From contig OZ296651.1 of NCBI GenBank assembly GCA_965655095.1, positions 78,740,001 to 78,804,000 on the forward strand: a stretch of DNA of 64,000 nucleotides. The letters run 5' to 3'. The notes under the pieces are model-generated. The model had not been told where the DNA came from and made no database searches. It was given only the letters and a program-made list of their open reading frames with translations. The position numbers and the translations under genes were made by a program. Below, in pieces: positions 38,101 to 50,412 of the stretch (position 1 is its first letter; each line of letters begins with the position of its first letter). Source of the stretch: Haplodiscus bocki. Its lineage: Eukaryota.

Positions 38101-41100
38101 GCGTTTGTTTGAAAAATTTCCAACAAATAGAGCAAAAACTAGAAAATGCGTTTTCGGCCAAATTTTTTTTGAAAATTTCGTAACTTTAAAAAAATAATTA
38201 TGGAATTTTATTTCATTAATAGATGCCTCCGATGTTTCTGCGACAACTGATATCATCTGTCGGCGGAAAAGTTTTCAAAAAGTATACCAAAGTTCATCTT
38301 GAATCTACTAAATTTAAAAATCAATGTATGAAAATAGGATATCAAAATTATACTTTTACATTTTGCAAATTGTTCTGGAAATTCATACTTTTAGAAAAAT
38401 AGATAAAATGAAAGCTTTGGGGAACAACCGAAACCAACAAATTATCTAATTTGTTTCTTGCTATCTTCCGTCATTGTCAAGATTTTTTTTTCGGAAACTG
38501 CCAAAATTAGTCAATATTCGCAATGTTTGCAAAGTTTATTTACTCAACTTTGGGACGCGATTTTCTACTTCCTAGAAGTACTTGTTTGGGCAAATAAAAT
38601 AAACATGTGGTAGCCCTTTTAATGGGTTTTCTCAGAATACCTTTGTTCACTCTGATATATTATTTACTTCTCCACTTAGGATTTTGTGAAGCGTATCAAA
38701 ATTTCGTTGTCGCATTAATTAAAATCATGACTGTAAAATAGTAATATTTTTTGAGACGCTTTTTTTCGACCAAAACATAAGTCTTTTTTGAAAAAGTACG
38801 AAATTTTCGAAAAATTTTCGAATCAAGAAGACGTAGCAAATTTCTTAAATGCATATAGAAAGGTAATTCTAAATAATGCCCTTTTCGACCGAAATTAGGG
38901 ATGTTTTCAAAAAATTCGAATTTGTTGAACTTTGCTGTAGAAGGCCTTTTTTCATCTAAAACGCATTTTAAAGAAAATCAGAGCGCGGAAATTATCCCGT
39001 TAGTTGCCTGACGTCTTGTTCATACAATAATTGAACTATGTTCACCAATCGGTGCATATGAAGCATTCCTTAATTTTAATTTTAATTCCTTAAAACACAG
39101 ACTGACAGTATTCAAAAATTGGCAGTAATTGGACATTTCGATTTGAATTATTTGGTACAAATTTGCGCGTTTTTCAACACTACAGTAGACAGTAAGAGTA
39201 TGAACGAATATGATTGAAATCATAAAGATATTATGGAATTATACTAACACAATCTTGGCGACATCCTCTCTCTCGATTATCTTCATAAACCGTGCTAAAT
39301 GAAACATGGCTTCACAAACATAGTGAACTGCAATCAGCAGCATCGCCAGACGACTAAAGCTGAAAATCAAAAACTTTAACATCACCAAAAACAAGAAAAA
39401 ACACCACGGCAATTTGTTATTTGCAGATAACACGAACAAAAAAAGCATTTTAATAAGGTCGACTTCAAAGCTAATGGAGACCAACTCCAAGCAAAGGGTA
39501 TGGAGAAACTAACTTCATGAAGTAGCCAGCGTTTAGAAACACTAGATAGAGTGAGGAGTATGTGATTTGTTGGGGAATGTCTTCCTGTTAAAATTGAGTA
39601 AATTAGATGAGGAAAGGCAGCAAATATTGCGGTCCTAGGATAAAGAAAAAAGACTAACCTTTCTCACTTTTTGAAAATACAGCTCCGGAAAGACGTGTAA
39701 CCAATAAGCTATCTAAAACAAACACATTGACCATGAGACTAATCAAATTAGCAAAAACGCTCACAAGTTTACTATAACCCCCAACTACACAATTTGCACA
39801 ATCATGCAAGTATTGAGCGATTATGTCTGGTAGTTTAGCTGATCTCATTTATATCATTTTAAACTTTTTTTTGCATGTCGTCATTTCCACTCAGCAGAGA
39901 ATAGAGCAGTGACCTTTTCAACTAGCATATGAAATTAATTTCGACTGATGCGGTCAATGGCTCTAACAATGACCAATTATTCTCCCAGGTACTTAGCGAA
40001 CCGAATAATAGATGGTCGGGGGGGGGGGGGGGGGCAAAAGAAATTTTCGGACGATAATAGGTCAGTTTTGAATAGAGGGTACTACGAGTAAACATTACGC
40101 CACCGCGTAATAACACCTCAAACTTATGACTACAAGTTATAATAGCATTTTAGAGCTTCTGCATATAAATTTTACATTTTCAAAAGCACTCTTCGGCTTC
40201 GACTAAAAACTGTCCCATTACATTACAACTGTTCCATTCCGTTAAATTCATCGAATTTCGAAGCTGCTGAACTCTTACGAGGGGGAGGGGATAGGTGATT
40301 TCAACGCGTAGGCAGTATATGGGACCGTCCCGTTTATTAGGCTCATCAGCGTAGACAAACTATCTGTGAGTGTTCCGGAGCTACTTGAAGTCCATTTCTA
40401 ATATTAACAATCAGATCCTATGAAGAAAAGGATGAACCGAAAATAGAACCGAAGGCTCACCCTTCAAGTGATACACGTCATGAATCATGAGTGATACTCC
40501 ACAGATTTGAGAAAATCCTATTTCTCATTTTGCGAGATTGCACATTTGTTGTCTTATTCATAAGCTAACTCAGTTAAGTTGTTCTTTTCCACATACCTGA
40601 ACAATGAAGAAGAATTTCTGATGCAACCTGAAATTTCGAAAAATAACTCAAGTTTACCGATTGTGATGGATTTACAGGAATTAAATTCAAGGTATCATTT
40701 ATTGCTTCATTCAAAACTAACACGTGGTACTTGTGCGGATATTCGTCCCACAGAAATGATATTGATAGAGGAAACTTTTCCTGAAACAACACGAGGTCAG
40801 TTAACACAATGGAGTCTAGCATCAATACTTGTACAGAAAATATCAACTTGACAACTACATTCAACTCAAAATAATAATATATAAAATGAGGGCAAATATT
40901 TTACGGCATAGAAACTGCCGTACAAAAATTAGTTGTCATTAGAGGAGTACAAAGGATCTTGAATACTGAAGTCGAACAGACGGAAGAAGGTCAAGTACCA
41001 ATATGACAAAGCTAGAGGTTCTTCAATTGTCAGATTGGCTCCGATCGTCAGTCGCTGTCACTACATTAAATCTAAAGCCATGTTCCGGAAAATCCGATGT

Positions 41101-44100
41101 AAAATCTCAACTTCAAAAATTTAATGCACATTAAAGATACTTGTGACTATTACTAGTAATAAAAACTGACTAACCAAGTAGAAGATGTAGCATAACAGAG
41201 CAATAGAAGCAGTGTAAAATATCCCCAGTTGTGCACTCTCGTTGAACTTGCTCAATTTGCTCTTCGAAAGATGAGATTTCTTCACTAATTTCTAGAAATA
41301 TAAAAATTGTCAACATACTCCACCTATTATCAATCCGAATTCCAAAATAGACTCATATCAAAAGCCTTGGTGAGTCTAACATTGGGAATATTTCAGTTGC
41401 ATCGGAAGTCTCTAATAAACGTTGAAAATGTTCAGTCGTCCATAAGATAGTTGAGAAATCAACGTATTTTCGTATTTTAAATGCTAATTGTTGCACAAAT
41501 AGTGCCTTCAACTTCAATATTTTCTTTTTTTTTGTCACATGACAATTCAACGATGAAACTTGATGGAATTCTACAATTTATTCGAAATTAAAGTATTTTT
41601 AGTCAGTCATGAAACACTCAATCTTTTTTGATATATCTTTTCTAACTTTACTTGGCTTTCTCTTGAGCATTGAATGAACAAAGTCGAAAAGCATCAATTT
41701 AGACCACCATTGGTCTAATCTTGTTGCGTCTCAAATATGGTTAGTTTTTCAAAAAACCTTGCGAACAATGATTTTCGATCATTTTCTCAAACTGCAGCTT
41801 TCGAATATTATTACTGAAAAGAAAATCAAGATCGGAACGGCACAATTTGGCGCGGCCCGTAAATCCCAAATTATCCATGGGAAATCGTGGCTTTTCTCAC
41901 TAGAAAATTTTCGAAAAAATCCTCTTTAGTTGTGATTCTTCGGTACTATATATACCGCCTGAGAATGTCATCGGTGATTCATTTTTGGTATATGTCTTCC
42001 CAAGAGAATGTCATTGGTGATTCATTTTTGGTATATGTCTTCCCAAAATTTTTTGGCATATGTATAGGGTATCATGATTTTTTTCGAGAACCGAAAGCGT
42101 GGGTTCGTTGCAGTTTTCCGGCCCTGCTAAGACTTACAGTTCGCTCAAAATTTTTAAACATTTAATGTGTAATTTCAGTTTGAACAGGTTGTAGAATACA
42201 CGGTAAACAAGCTGAGAACAGCTCAAAGTCGGCGCTGTCCATCTGTGGGGCGCGAAAATTCTAGTAAATTTTAGAGGGGGTATCACAGAAAAAGATGTCG
42301 AAAACTTTTTGTCTCACAGTATCGAAAAATTTAGAGAGGGGCCTTTTGGTTTTTCTGAAAGTTTCTGGTGTTTTTAAAAGTTTTTGGTGTTTCTGAAAGT
42401 TTCTGGAGCTGCCAATTTGTCGGGCGCGAAATGTCGGTAAATCAAAATAGATAATCACAAAAAAATGATACTAAAACTTTTTTGTCTCACAGTACCGAAA
42501 AAATTCGTGAGTGGGCCGTTTTGGTTTCGGAAAGATTGCGTTATCGAGAAATTTGATACGTAAGGGGGTATCACAACTTTCGTAAAAATTATTTTTCCCA
42601 CAGCACCGAAATATTTCGTAGGGGCACCCTTTGATTCTGATAATTTCTGGAGTTGGCCATTTGTCAGGCGCGAAAGTTTCACGAATTTTGGACAATTTTT
42701 TTTGTCTCACTGTTCCGAAATTTTTTGCAGGAATCGCCTTTTCATGTTTGTGAGTAATTACCTGTGCTTGCTATAGACTGTACTTTAAAACTAAAATGAC
42801 TTTAAAATGTGCTTTAAAATAACATTCCAGGGAAAAAGGCAGAAAAATCGTTGTGACCTTAAAAAAAACAAAGTGACAACAAGAGTAGGCTTTTTTGACT
42901 GCAGTAAAAGTGCCAACTAAAAACAAAAGCCACTGAATTGAAAGGGCCCGCTTTTACTCAAAAGCGCTGACTAAAAATAGTAAAATATCAGCACTCCTGG
43001 GATATATTTTTTGCTTGCTCATCCGATCGTAACCAAAATTTTGTGAATTTTACACCGAAAAAGTGATTAAAAAATCGCCTTGGGAGGAAACACCGCCACA
43101 AGACTTTCGCAAAAACTCACGAAGAAAATACTGAGAGTCAGCCACCATTTGAGCTGAGGTATATAACAAGATACGCAGAAGCAACGCGATATTTTGCAAC
43201 CAAACTCAAAAAGACACTGAAAATGACTAATTGAGCCAAAAATTGAACACCTAAGTTTTTTCTACTTAGCAGAGAATACATACTTCTAACCAACAGAAAC
43301 CCCAAAAGTACTAAATATTCTGTGGTTTTTTTTATTCCAAGAAACACGGTGATTGGAAACATAAACCATTAACATAAACCATTTTTAAGACACCAAACTC
43401 TTCGCGAATGTCGAATTTATTTAGAGTTTTTTAGCCATAAAGGATATACAAGCACACTCGATTGAGTCTCGGCAGTTTTTTTAAAATCAAAATAGGAGTT
43501 GACTGGGAACCGAAAAGAAGTGATGTACAGCCAAGAAGAAAGCAAAAACATAGGCGCTAAGGTGTTTAGCGCAAGGCTCGCGAAGGTACTTAACCTTTTG
43601 ATTTCGTCGCTGACCACATGTTTATGCAATGCGAGAGAGCATGTACCAAAATCCGGAGAGATTAGGCAGAGAACAACCAATAGAGTTAACAGGAGGTTCA
43701 AGGTAACTATCCTAATTTCAAACATAATTTAGCGAAAAAAATTCTGTTATCTCAAAAGTCAGTGGAAGCCAGCCACTGTTTGGCAAATGTCGTCTTGGAG
43801 CAGCAAAGTTCCAGACATTGACAACTAGGCCGTTAAAAAATACGAATCTCGAAACGAAAATTTTTCCGAAAAAGCCGTGTTTTCTCGACATATACTCTCA
43901 GAAAACTCGACTAGAAGATTTTTCACGCAACCCCAAGGTCACATGGACACTCAAAAGATACTGAGGGTTATTACGAGACGCACGCTGGAGGCAATTTTTC
44001 AGGTGATGGAAGCCGCAGTAGAAATTTCGCAAAGGGCAAAAACAATTGAAAAAAATTGCTCTACACCAGGAGTACTTTGGCCACACCACCCATCTACTAC

Positions 44101-47100
44101 CGAGCGTACCCCGAAAAGCTGGCGATTTCTTCTCCAGGAAATTCAATCGACGTCACGAAGCCCAGTTTACTTTTATTGTTTGTACAACAGGCTGCAAAGT
44201 GTTAGGAAGACTGGACCTATCTTTTGACAACTTTCGGCAAAAAATCCATGAGAAAAGTTCGCTCGGAGTCGAAACTTGCATCAATACCCATTGTTGTACA
44301 CGTTGCTTAATTTTCTTTTCAATTCAAGTGATACACATCACTTTGAGGCACGCTTAACGCGCGAAACTTTAGATATTGCAGAAATTTATTTGAAAATTCA
44401 ATTTTTTTCAGAAAATTTTCGGACAAAATCTTGTGGAAAATATCAAAAACTTTCGGCTAAAAACTAAATGCAACTTACATTTCATATTCCATAGTCTAAC
44501 CAGCATTGGGATGTACCCTTTGCCCTTTAAAAATGAATATTTTTTCGCTAATAACTCGCCAAAAAGAAACTTTTCGGGGGCCGAAACTTCAGAATATGAT
44601 ATATCGTGAACCCGTCGTAGTGTTTATATAAAAATCGGATAAATCCGACCTTTAGGTGCCGAGAAAATTAGATTTGAAGAGATGAAACCCAGACGGATGT
44701 CAGACGGAAAAAACGAAATCATTTTGACGTGTCTTGTGCGAAGAGGCTTCGCTCCGCTCGCTTAAACAAATGTGGGGAAAGCGATTTTTTGCTTTCTCGT
44801 AAAAAATTTAGAGAATAGCTGCCGCAAACCAACGGTAAGCATGAAGATGTCAGATCTGCTGTATTTGTACTTCTTACAAAATTGAGATAGTGAACGCTTA
44901 CAAGTTAAAATTGAACGTTTTGAAAAACAGTAAAAACTCTATAGGTCGAATTTCTCTCGTCTCCTATCGCCAAAAAGCAAGTAAAACCTAACTTATTACT
45001 TACAACATCTCACAAAACATGGAGTCTCGGCAGTTTGTTCACACATAATTGAATATGAAACCCAGTTGAGTACAGCAAAATTGAAACGAAATGCTGAACC
45101 ACGCAAATTTTTTCTCTTGAAAAGCTTAGAGCAGCACTTCAAAATCCCGAAGAAACCCTCAAATTGCCAGACTATCATAAATAAACCGCGCTCACAAAGT
45201 GGGGTAGATTGAGCGCTCGGAAATTATACGGCGTTTCAAGACAGCAGAAGTTTTGTAAATATCAAATTTTTCTACTCTTCTCCAGCCAAAATGCAAATAA
45301 GACTGTCTAATCATCGGAGACACCTATCAACCTATACCATAGAGTCTCCGAAATTTAGCAACTTTTGTTAACTTGGAACACAGAAAAATGAATTTTCGAA
45401 CAGATTATCTGTATTTGTGCTAAAATTTGCTAAGATTTACAGCCGTATTTATAGTACTGATTTGAAACGGATTTGTAGCTCAAATGGTGATTTGGAAAGA
45501 AAAAGGGCGGAAACGATAGAAAAAACACTAAATTATCTATTTCGAAAGATTTGAGATCACCGAAAGTGGATTTTCTGCAAAACTTCAAAATTTAAAGAAA
45601 GTTTGCGGAAATGTTTTTTTTTCTGAGCGGTTTTCGTTCAGTTGGAAGCTAAATGGTTCACTTGAAAAGCAGATTGAAATTTCCTCAGAATGATTTATTT
45701 TCACTCCCGTTCATCCTCCAAAAGTGAACAAACAGGGAATGGCCCAATCCGGCGCCGCATGTAAGGTAAGAACTATCAAAAGGGGTCCCGTTGTTTTTGA
45801 AAAATTTGACGTCGACAAAAATTTCGTTTATCTCATTTGGATTAACAGCGCAGAAAAATCAGTAGAGTGAGTCTTTGTTACAAAATTTACTGCCTGAGGA
45901 AGTCATCAGTTCAGAAATTATTGGTGGCATTGGTCGTTGCAAAAAAGTTGTGCCATGTAGCGGGGTTTGACGAAAAAATCAGACCAAACGTCCGAATTTT
46001 TTTACATCTGAAAACGCTTTATTCACGTTTCTGAACTGTTTGTACTTTTTAGGCCCTTTTTAAAGACCACTCTTCAATTGGAAGTGCACGAATCGACAAC
46101 ACGAAGAAAAGATTTTCGTCGATTAAACGGTGAAGGAAACTAGCCACTGTAAATATCGGACACTATTTAATTTTAATGCATCGACTAAAAATTAATTGAT
46201 ACTCGAGGCAATTTTTAGATTTCTTTGACATTTAGACTAGTTGTTAATTTAGACCTGCGCAATTGTGTTTATTAATTTAGTCTAACAGCTAGTTAAGTTG
46301 GAAGGCAAAAAAGCTAGAAATCTAGAAAAACGGGCAAACTTTTTCAAAGCCAACTTTAATTCACTAAAAACATTTCATTTCAGACTAGATCTGCTCCAAG
46401 AGAGCAAAAATGAAAAACTTGTCAAGCAGTAACTTGAGATTTTTCTCTTGAACAGATTCATGAACAAATACCGCAACGCAGCAGAAACCAACAAGTAAAC
46501 CACATCTACTGTCGTTTTATTTGCCAGCCAAAATTGATGACTGAAGACTTAAATGTGAAGATTAAGTTTTTGAAGACAGAAAAATCTTGTGGAAAAAGTA
46601 TCAACTCAGTTGAAAAAACTACCTGATCAAAGCTTACAAAGCTCAAAATCAAAAACTGAAGTTTTTAATTTCCGACAAAAAATCATTTGAGATCTGAGAG
46701 GCTACGCCCAAAATGTCAACAGAAAACTCGAAACCTGGTATTTCATGGAACATGGTGGAAATTTTTTTTCCGGAAAAATAATCAAAAACAAATCCAGGAT
46801 GATGGAAAAGTGATTCTATACATCTAGCAAATAAATAGCAGAGGGAGCAAGAAAATTTTGGAAACACTAAATTTTCATAGACCAGCCAAATTTTGGGAGT
46901 GCCGAAAATTTGTGTCCAAGCAAAATTTTCTTTGAAGACAGCAGCGAATCGGAACTTCGAACACATTCTGACTTGTCAGTTGAGATCACGAATCCCAAAG
47001 GACACTTGAAACCATGATTGGAGATGTGGTTGACATTTTTTTAAAATTTGATTGAAAAAGTCAAAATGAGACGAGTCAGAATGCTGAAAAAGGAAACTAA

Positions 47101-50100
47101 TCTATACATATTATAAATGCGAAAATTTTTTTTGTGTGTGTGTGTATTATCAAACTCCACTGCCATTTCTTGCCCGATTTGGCTCAAATTTTGAAAAAAG
47201 CTATGAATAGCAAAGGAGCAGCGAGTAAGCCGGTTCCGGGTGCCGATTTTATCCAACTTTTGATTTTACGTCACCTTTTTGTCAGTCACATTAGAACCGA
47301 CTCCATCCATCACGCACACACGACTTCGTCTATGCGCAACCATCACGCACACACGACTTCGTCTATGCGCAACCAGTGTTATTATACGTCTTTCGCGAGT
47401 CAGTAGACAGTGCACACAATTCACAAATCTCAAGTACCTTCCAAGAAGCTGACTGCTTTTCACCATAGTCAATAGCACGCGGCTTCCTTCCCACTCACCG
47501 ACAAGTACTTTATATGCCCATTTATAATTTTTATTCGGCAATTTCTCCCTTGATTTGCTGTAATGGTGTATAAATACAGTGTTTCACTAAATTCTTATAT
47601 CACACAACTAATAAGATACTACTAATTAGCGAAATTTGTGGCCTTGAGTGATAGGTGGCGAAGCGAAGCGAGCCACTCGGCCCAGAAAGCTAGTTCCAAT
47701 ATACACAAGTAACCTATTGTATGAATATAGCTACACTATAACTAGACTGAGGATGAGTGATTGATTTCACATATGCAATGGATGCAGCGGACATGAGCAA
47801 GAACAAGGAATTTGCAGCATGCTCTCATTACGGAAAAAAAGTCAACTACTAAATTGAAGATTTTGATCTGTACTAGAATAAAGTCACAGAACGCGTCAAC
47901 AATTTACGCGTCTAAGTATAAGTTACGCGTCTAACAATTTACATTCAGAAATTGATGATTTAAAAGGAAAAGTCATAAAATTAACATTTTGAACCAGAAA
48001 AATTTAAAAATTTCTCAGCGAAATTTGAGTTGTGATTCACAGCTTCATGCAAAAGCACCGACATTACAGCAACATAGGTAGCAGATAAACTTCGCCTGAC
48101 ATACTGAAAACTACGAAAATCGCTATGTATTTGATCCTAAGTATAAACCTGCAAAATACATTTTGAATTGTCAGTTGAGGCAAAATATTTACAGCACAAA
48201 TCAATATCCCAAAAGAGGTTTGAAACCATGATCGGAGATGTGATGGATGGACACTTTTAGAATTACTACATCTGCTGTGCTACAAAAATTTGCTCAAAAA
48301 AGTCGAATTGAGACAATTACCTGTCACAGTGTCTCATACTCAACAAGTTAATCAATCTGCAAATCATGTCTTCCAGCTAGTGTCCCAAAAAACGACACAA
48401 GCAAAAATTTTGAGCTCTCAAAACGACTAATATTAATATGGAAAATATCGGAACAAGTTTCAACTGTGTACGTAACGACTGTCAATCATTAGAATTGACA
48501 TCTAAACTGAATCTCAAAGTGTGAAAAAGACCATTTTAGATTCAGATTATTATGACAGCTGTTTGACCGAAAATATGCAAATTTTAATGAGGAGTCACAA
48601 GTTCTCTCATGATTGGCAGTGTGATAAGAACTACCGAAGCTGTTTTGACACCTTGTATCAGGCCGGCCCTTAACAACTCGAAACTTTTTTCACGTGAAAC
48701 GTTTTTCAGGGACACGTAATAGGTTGAGCCATTTTGCAGCCCCCGTATTGAAGAGAATAAAATAAAAAACAACGCGAAAAGGAACAAGTTACCGCCCGCC
48801 CACACAATATCATAATCAATGCATTAATTTGTCAGATATTACGTTTTAGGACGCTGTTTTTCATGTTTTCAGAACAACGTTCATAATAATATATTTCTCT
48901 TGAACGCGAAATGTTTCGAAAGGGGTTTCAGTCTTGACAGCTAACGCTAGATGACTAGAATCTCTAATGAAGTCAAAAAATGCAATGTTTGGACAGGAAT
49001 AAAAAACAAAGCATAAACGGGTTTCAATACTCTTCTTTTCATTCAGAATGTAAAAAAAATACCCGCCCACGGCGGATAGGATTTCGGAAAATTATAGGGA
49101 TAACTATAGAAACCCTTTTAACCACTGTTCCGTTTTCCCGCAAATTGGGATATATGAATTCAGAAGTTTCTGGGGTTTACACTTCTATATGTATATTAAC
49201 TGAGGAAAAGGCAAAAATTTCCAACTTTATTCATTTGCGCACTCTCGCAGCTAGTATGATGGCGTGAAAAAAAAAAACAAACCCGAGCAAAACTATAAAT
49301 TTTCGTAAAACTGAAATTTTCCGGAGTCCTATTAAAAATAAAACTCCGAAGTTCTGAAAATAGAATTATTCAGCTTTAATGTGATGTTTATGTAGAAATC
49401 CAGTGGCGGTCAATTGAGAGAGCTGCTGGATTTTACGACTTTAGATTATCGGCCATACAGCTCAATATTAAGTTTACATGCAACTGAATACATGTAATGA
49501 GTTGCATGTACTGAACTGAACACATGTAAGGGAGCACTACATTACGATACGGTAGCTGTTTTACTACAATTAGACATCCAAATGTCTGGAAGAAGGTCAC
49601 GAGGTTTACCTTTTATATCGAATAACTTCGGTGTCAGTATTAATAAAAAATTCTCTCATTAAAAACCATGGTTGAATAGAAATATAAAATCTACCAAAAC
49701 TTGATTTTCTAATTTCAATTTCTCGATCGTTAGATTATCGATACGGTTTCACATCAAAGACGACGAATCTACTGCTTTCTGTGAAAGTATGAAGGTCCTG
49801 TTTACCCTTCTAATGCCTCCAAAATCTGGAATCTCAATTAGAAACCTTATTTTCTCTGGCTTCAGCAAAGTAAAAAAATTACTAACGTCCAAAAGATATT
49901 CCTGGATCAAAGCATGCACAACTATACAGCCCACAGCGTAATAAAGAATGTTACACCAATCCAGAGGTCCGCTGACGAAGTAATTGAACCTATGCGGCCT
50001 TCCCTGCAATGTGGATACATCTGAAACAGACTCTTAATGATTAAAACTATCAGAACTTGTTATTTTTGTTGTTGCAATGATAGAAAAATGGGCCCAGAAA

Positions 50101-50412
50101 AACGTTTCGGTTAGCGCGCACTTATTCCGAAAATTTGATGAATGAAGAGGATGATAGACACTCACTTTCTGTTGATATGTTGTAGTTCATAAACAAAACT
50201 TTGGAGGCCGCTTGATTTGTTGGCTGAAACATTACAAATTATCGTATAACAGATCACAGCGTCAAAAATTCCATTTTCTTTATACATACTTGAAATACCA
50301 GGCCAATGAAAAACAGGACCATTGTTGTAACAGCAATATCTCCATGATTTTGAATGAAGAATTCATTGCTCGGAAAAGTGGCTGCTTTGACCGTTTTTTT
50401 TTTCTGAACCAT
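25990..50412 (-). CDS. TRAM1: Translocating chain-associated membrane protein 1 (TRAM1-like, TLC domain), 13 coding exons, 409 aa
   Basis: The spliced translation has TRAM hallmarks: [96 protein letters not shown] and WNFIQFQL. All 12 introns are GT-AG with matching phases. Confidence 0.95.
27657..27717 (+). repeat. ~21-bp tandem repeat x3
   Basis: gcaagtaaacaaaaaaagtac repeated. Confidence 0.8.
28425..28939 (+). mobile_element. 5'-truncated 3' end of an Ingi/Vingi-like LINE
   Basis: LPVLADMDYPAERR…QRLKSR…SWCRFN*LR…VCG…DAQHIVEDCP…ELHHLTGTARTWLDEL* matches the C-terminal CCHC-knuckle region of I-group LINEs. Short 3' UTR ending in (ta)n. Confidence 0.7.
30645..31919 (+). mobile_element. Internally deleted Mutator-like (MULE) DNA transposon
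   Basis: TIRs ggtgacaggtcaaaatctcctaa / ttaggagattttgactgtaacc; 8-bp TSD aaacacag (30637-30644) / aaagacag (31920-31927); 15-bp subterminal repeats (tcaaaatctcctaag, ~7 copies); FLYWCH ORF inside. Confidence 0.85.
30992..31360 (+). pseudogene. Truncated MULE transposase N-terminus with FLYWCH zinc finger
   Basis: LIYNGFEY…WICR…CKATIIT…KEH matches the FLYWCH pattern. Sequence after ~codon 80 is unrelated; no DDE core. Confidence 0.75.
32508..32707 (-). CDS. TRAM1: TRAM1 exon 12 (IVCLVGVFGLQTWLMWNFIQFQLKYIRDR…PKKQAK)
   Basis: ttgaag acceptor; GTACTG donor (weaker). Confidence 0.85.
33465..35793. mobile_element. Non-autonomous Helitron/Helentron-like element carrying a ~120-bp satellite (two blocks)
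   Basis: About 14 copies of ttttcggcactgtgagacaaaaa…gataccccc…ttatccataaa…gaaacacagaagggtt. The terminal segment is duplicated (34530-34660 and 35650-35790) and ends in hairpin gccgg-tgctag-ccggc plus cgtcttgtt. Left boundary approximate. Confidence 0.55.
33702..33770 (+). pseudogene. Degenerate tRNA-derived segment (SINE-head-like)
   Basis: B-box GGTTCGAGTC, acceptor-like ends GACAG…CTGCCA and possible anticodon loop TTCTCAA; D-arm decayed. Confidence 0.4.
37459..37530 (-). CDS. TRAM1: TRAM1 exon 11 ([23 protein letters not shown])
   Basis: acacag acceptor, GTGAGT donor; 72 nt. Confidence 0.9.
37606..37677 (-). CDS. TRAM1: TRAM1 exon 10 (FYVWGVFFVVGRLFTFLCAFLTF)
   Basis: ttacag acceptor, GTAATG donor; 72 nt. 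Confidence 0.9.
37968..38733. mobile_element. Tc1/mariner-type MITE (766 bp)
   Basis: Perfect 28-bp TIRs CAGTCATGATTTTAATTAATGCGACAAC flanked by TA on both sides; non-coding interior. Confidence 0.88.
39249..39359 (-). CDS. TRAM1: TRAM1 exon 9 ([36 protein letters not shown])
   Basis: tttcag acceptor, GTTAGT donor. Confidence 0.9.
39514..39584 (-). CDS. TRAM1: TRAM1 exon 8 (EDIPQQITYSSLYLVFLNAGYFM)
   Basis: taacag acceptor, GTTAGT donor. Confidence 0.9.
39659..39712 (-). CDS. TRAM1: TRAM1 exon 7 ([18 protein letters not shown])
   Basis: ttttag acceptor, GTTAGT donor. Confidence 0.93.
40597..40627 (-). CDS. TRAM1: TRAM1 exon 6, 31 nt (LHQKFFFIVQ)
   Basis: tttcag acceptor, GTATGT donor; phase 2 to phase 0. 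Confidence 0.88.
40722..40780 (-). CDS. TRAM1: TRAM1 exon 5 ([19 protein letters not shown])
   Basis: tttcag acceptor, GTTAGT donor. Confidence 0.9.
41175..41291 (-). CDS. TRAM1: TRAM1 exon 4 ([39 protein letters not shown])
   Basis: ttctag acceptor, GTTAGT donor; 117 nt. Confidence 0.92.
42260..42740 (-). repeat. Diverged reverse-orientation copies of the 33.8-35.6 kb satellite motif
   Basis: tttgtctcacagta(t/c)cgaaaaa and gggggtatcac are reverse complements of the satellite core. Confidence 0.7.
43165..44765. mobile_element. Putative Helentron-associated (DINE/HINE-like) non-autonomous element
   Basis: Imperfect subterminal inverted repeat AACAAGATACG (43165) / CGTGTCTTGT (44728-44737), cagacgga dimer, then hairpin gcgaag-agg-cttcgc (44738-44752). 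Confidence 0.4.
47265..47693 (+). mobile_element. Short Helitron-like element with an internal 33-bp tandem duplication
   Basis: 3' hairpin gtggc…gccac followed by CTAG|T at 47690-47694; catcacgcacacacgacttcgtctatgcgcaac x2 at 47308-47373. 5' end approximate. Confidence 0.4.
49887..50020 (-). CDS. TRAM1: TRAM1 exon 3 (…[28 protein letters not shown])
   Basis: tttcag acceptor, GTTAGT donor. Confidence 0.92.
50166..50223 (-). CDS. TRAM1: TRAM1 exon 2 (PTNQAASKVLFMNYNISTE)
   Basis: tttcag acceptor, GTGAGT donor; ends in phase 1. Confidence 0.88.
50290..50412 (-). CDS. TRAM1: TRAM1 coding exon 1 ([41 protein letters not shown])
   Basis: Kozak cccgccATGg; donor GTATGT; phase 0. Confidence 0.92.
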
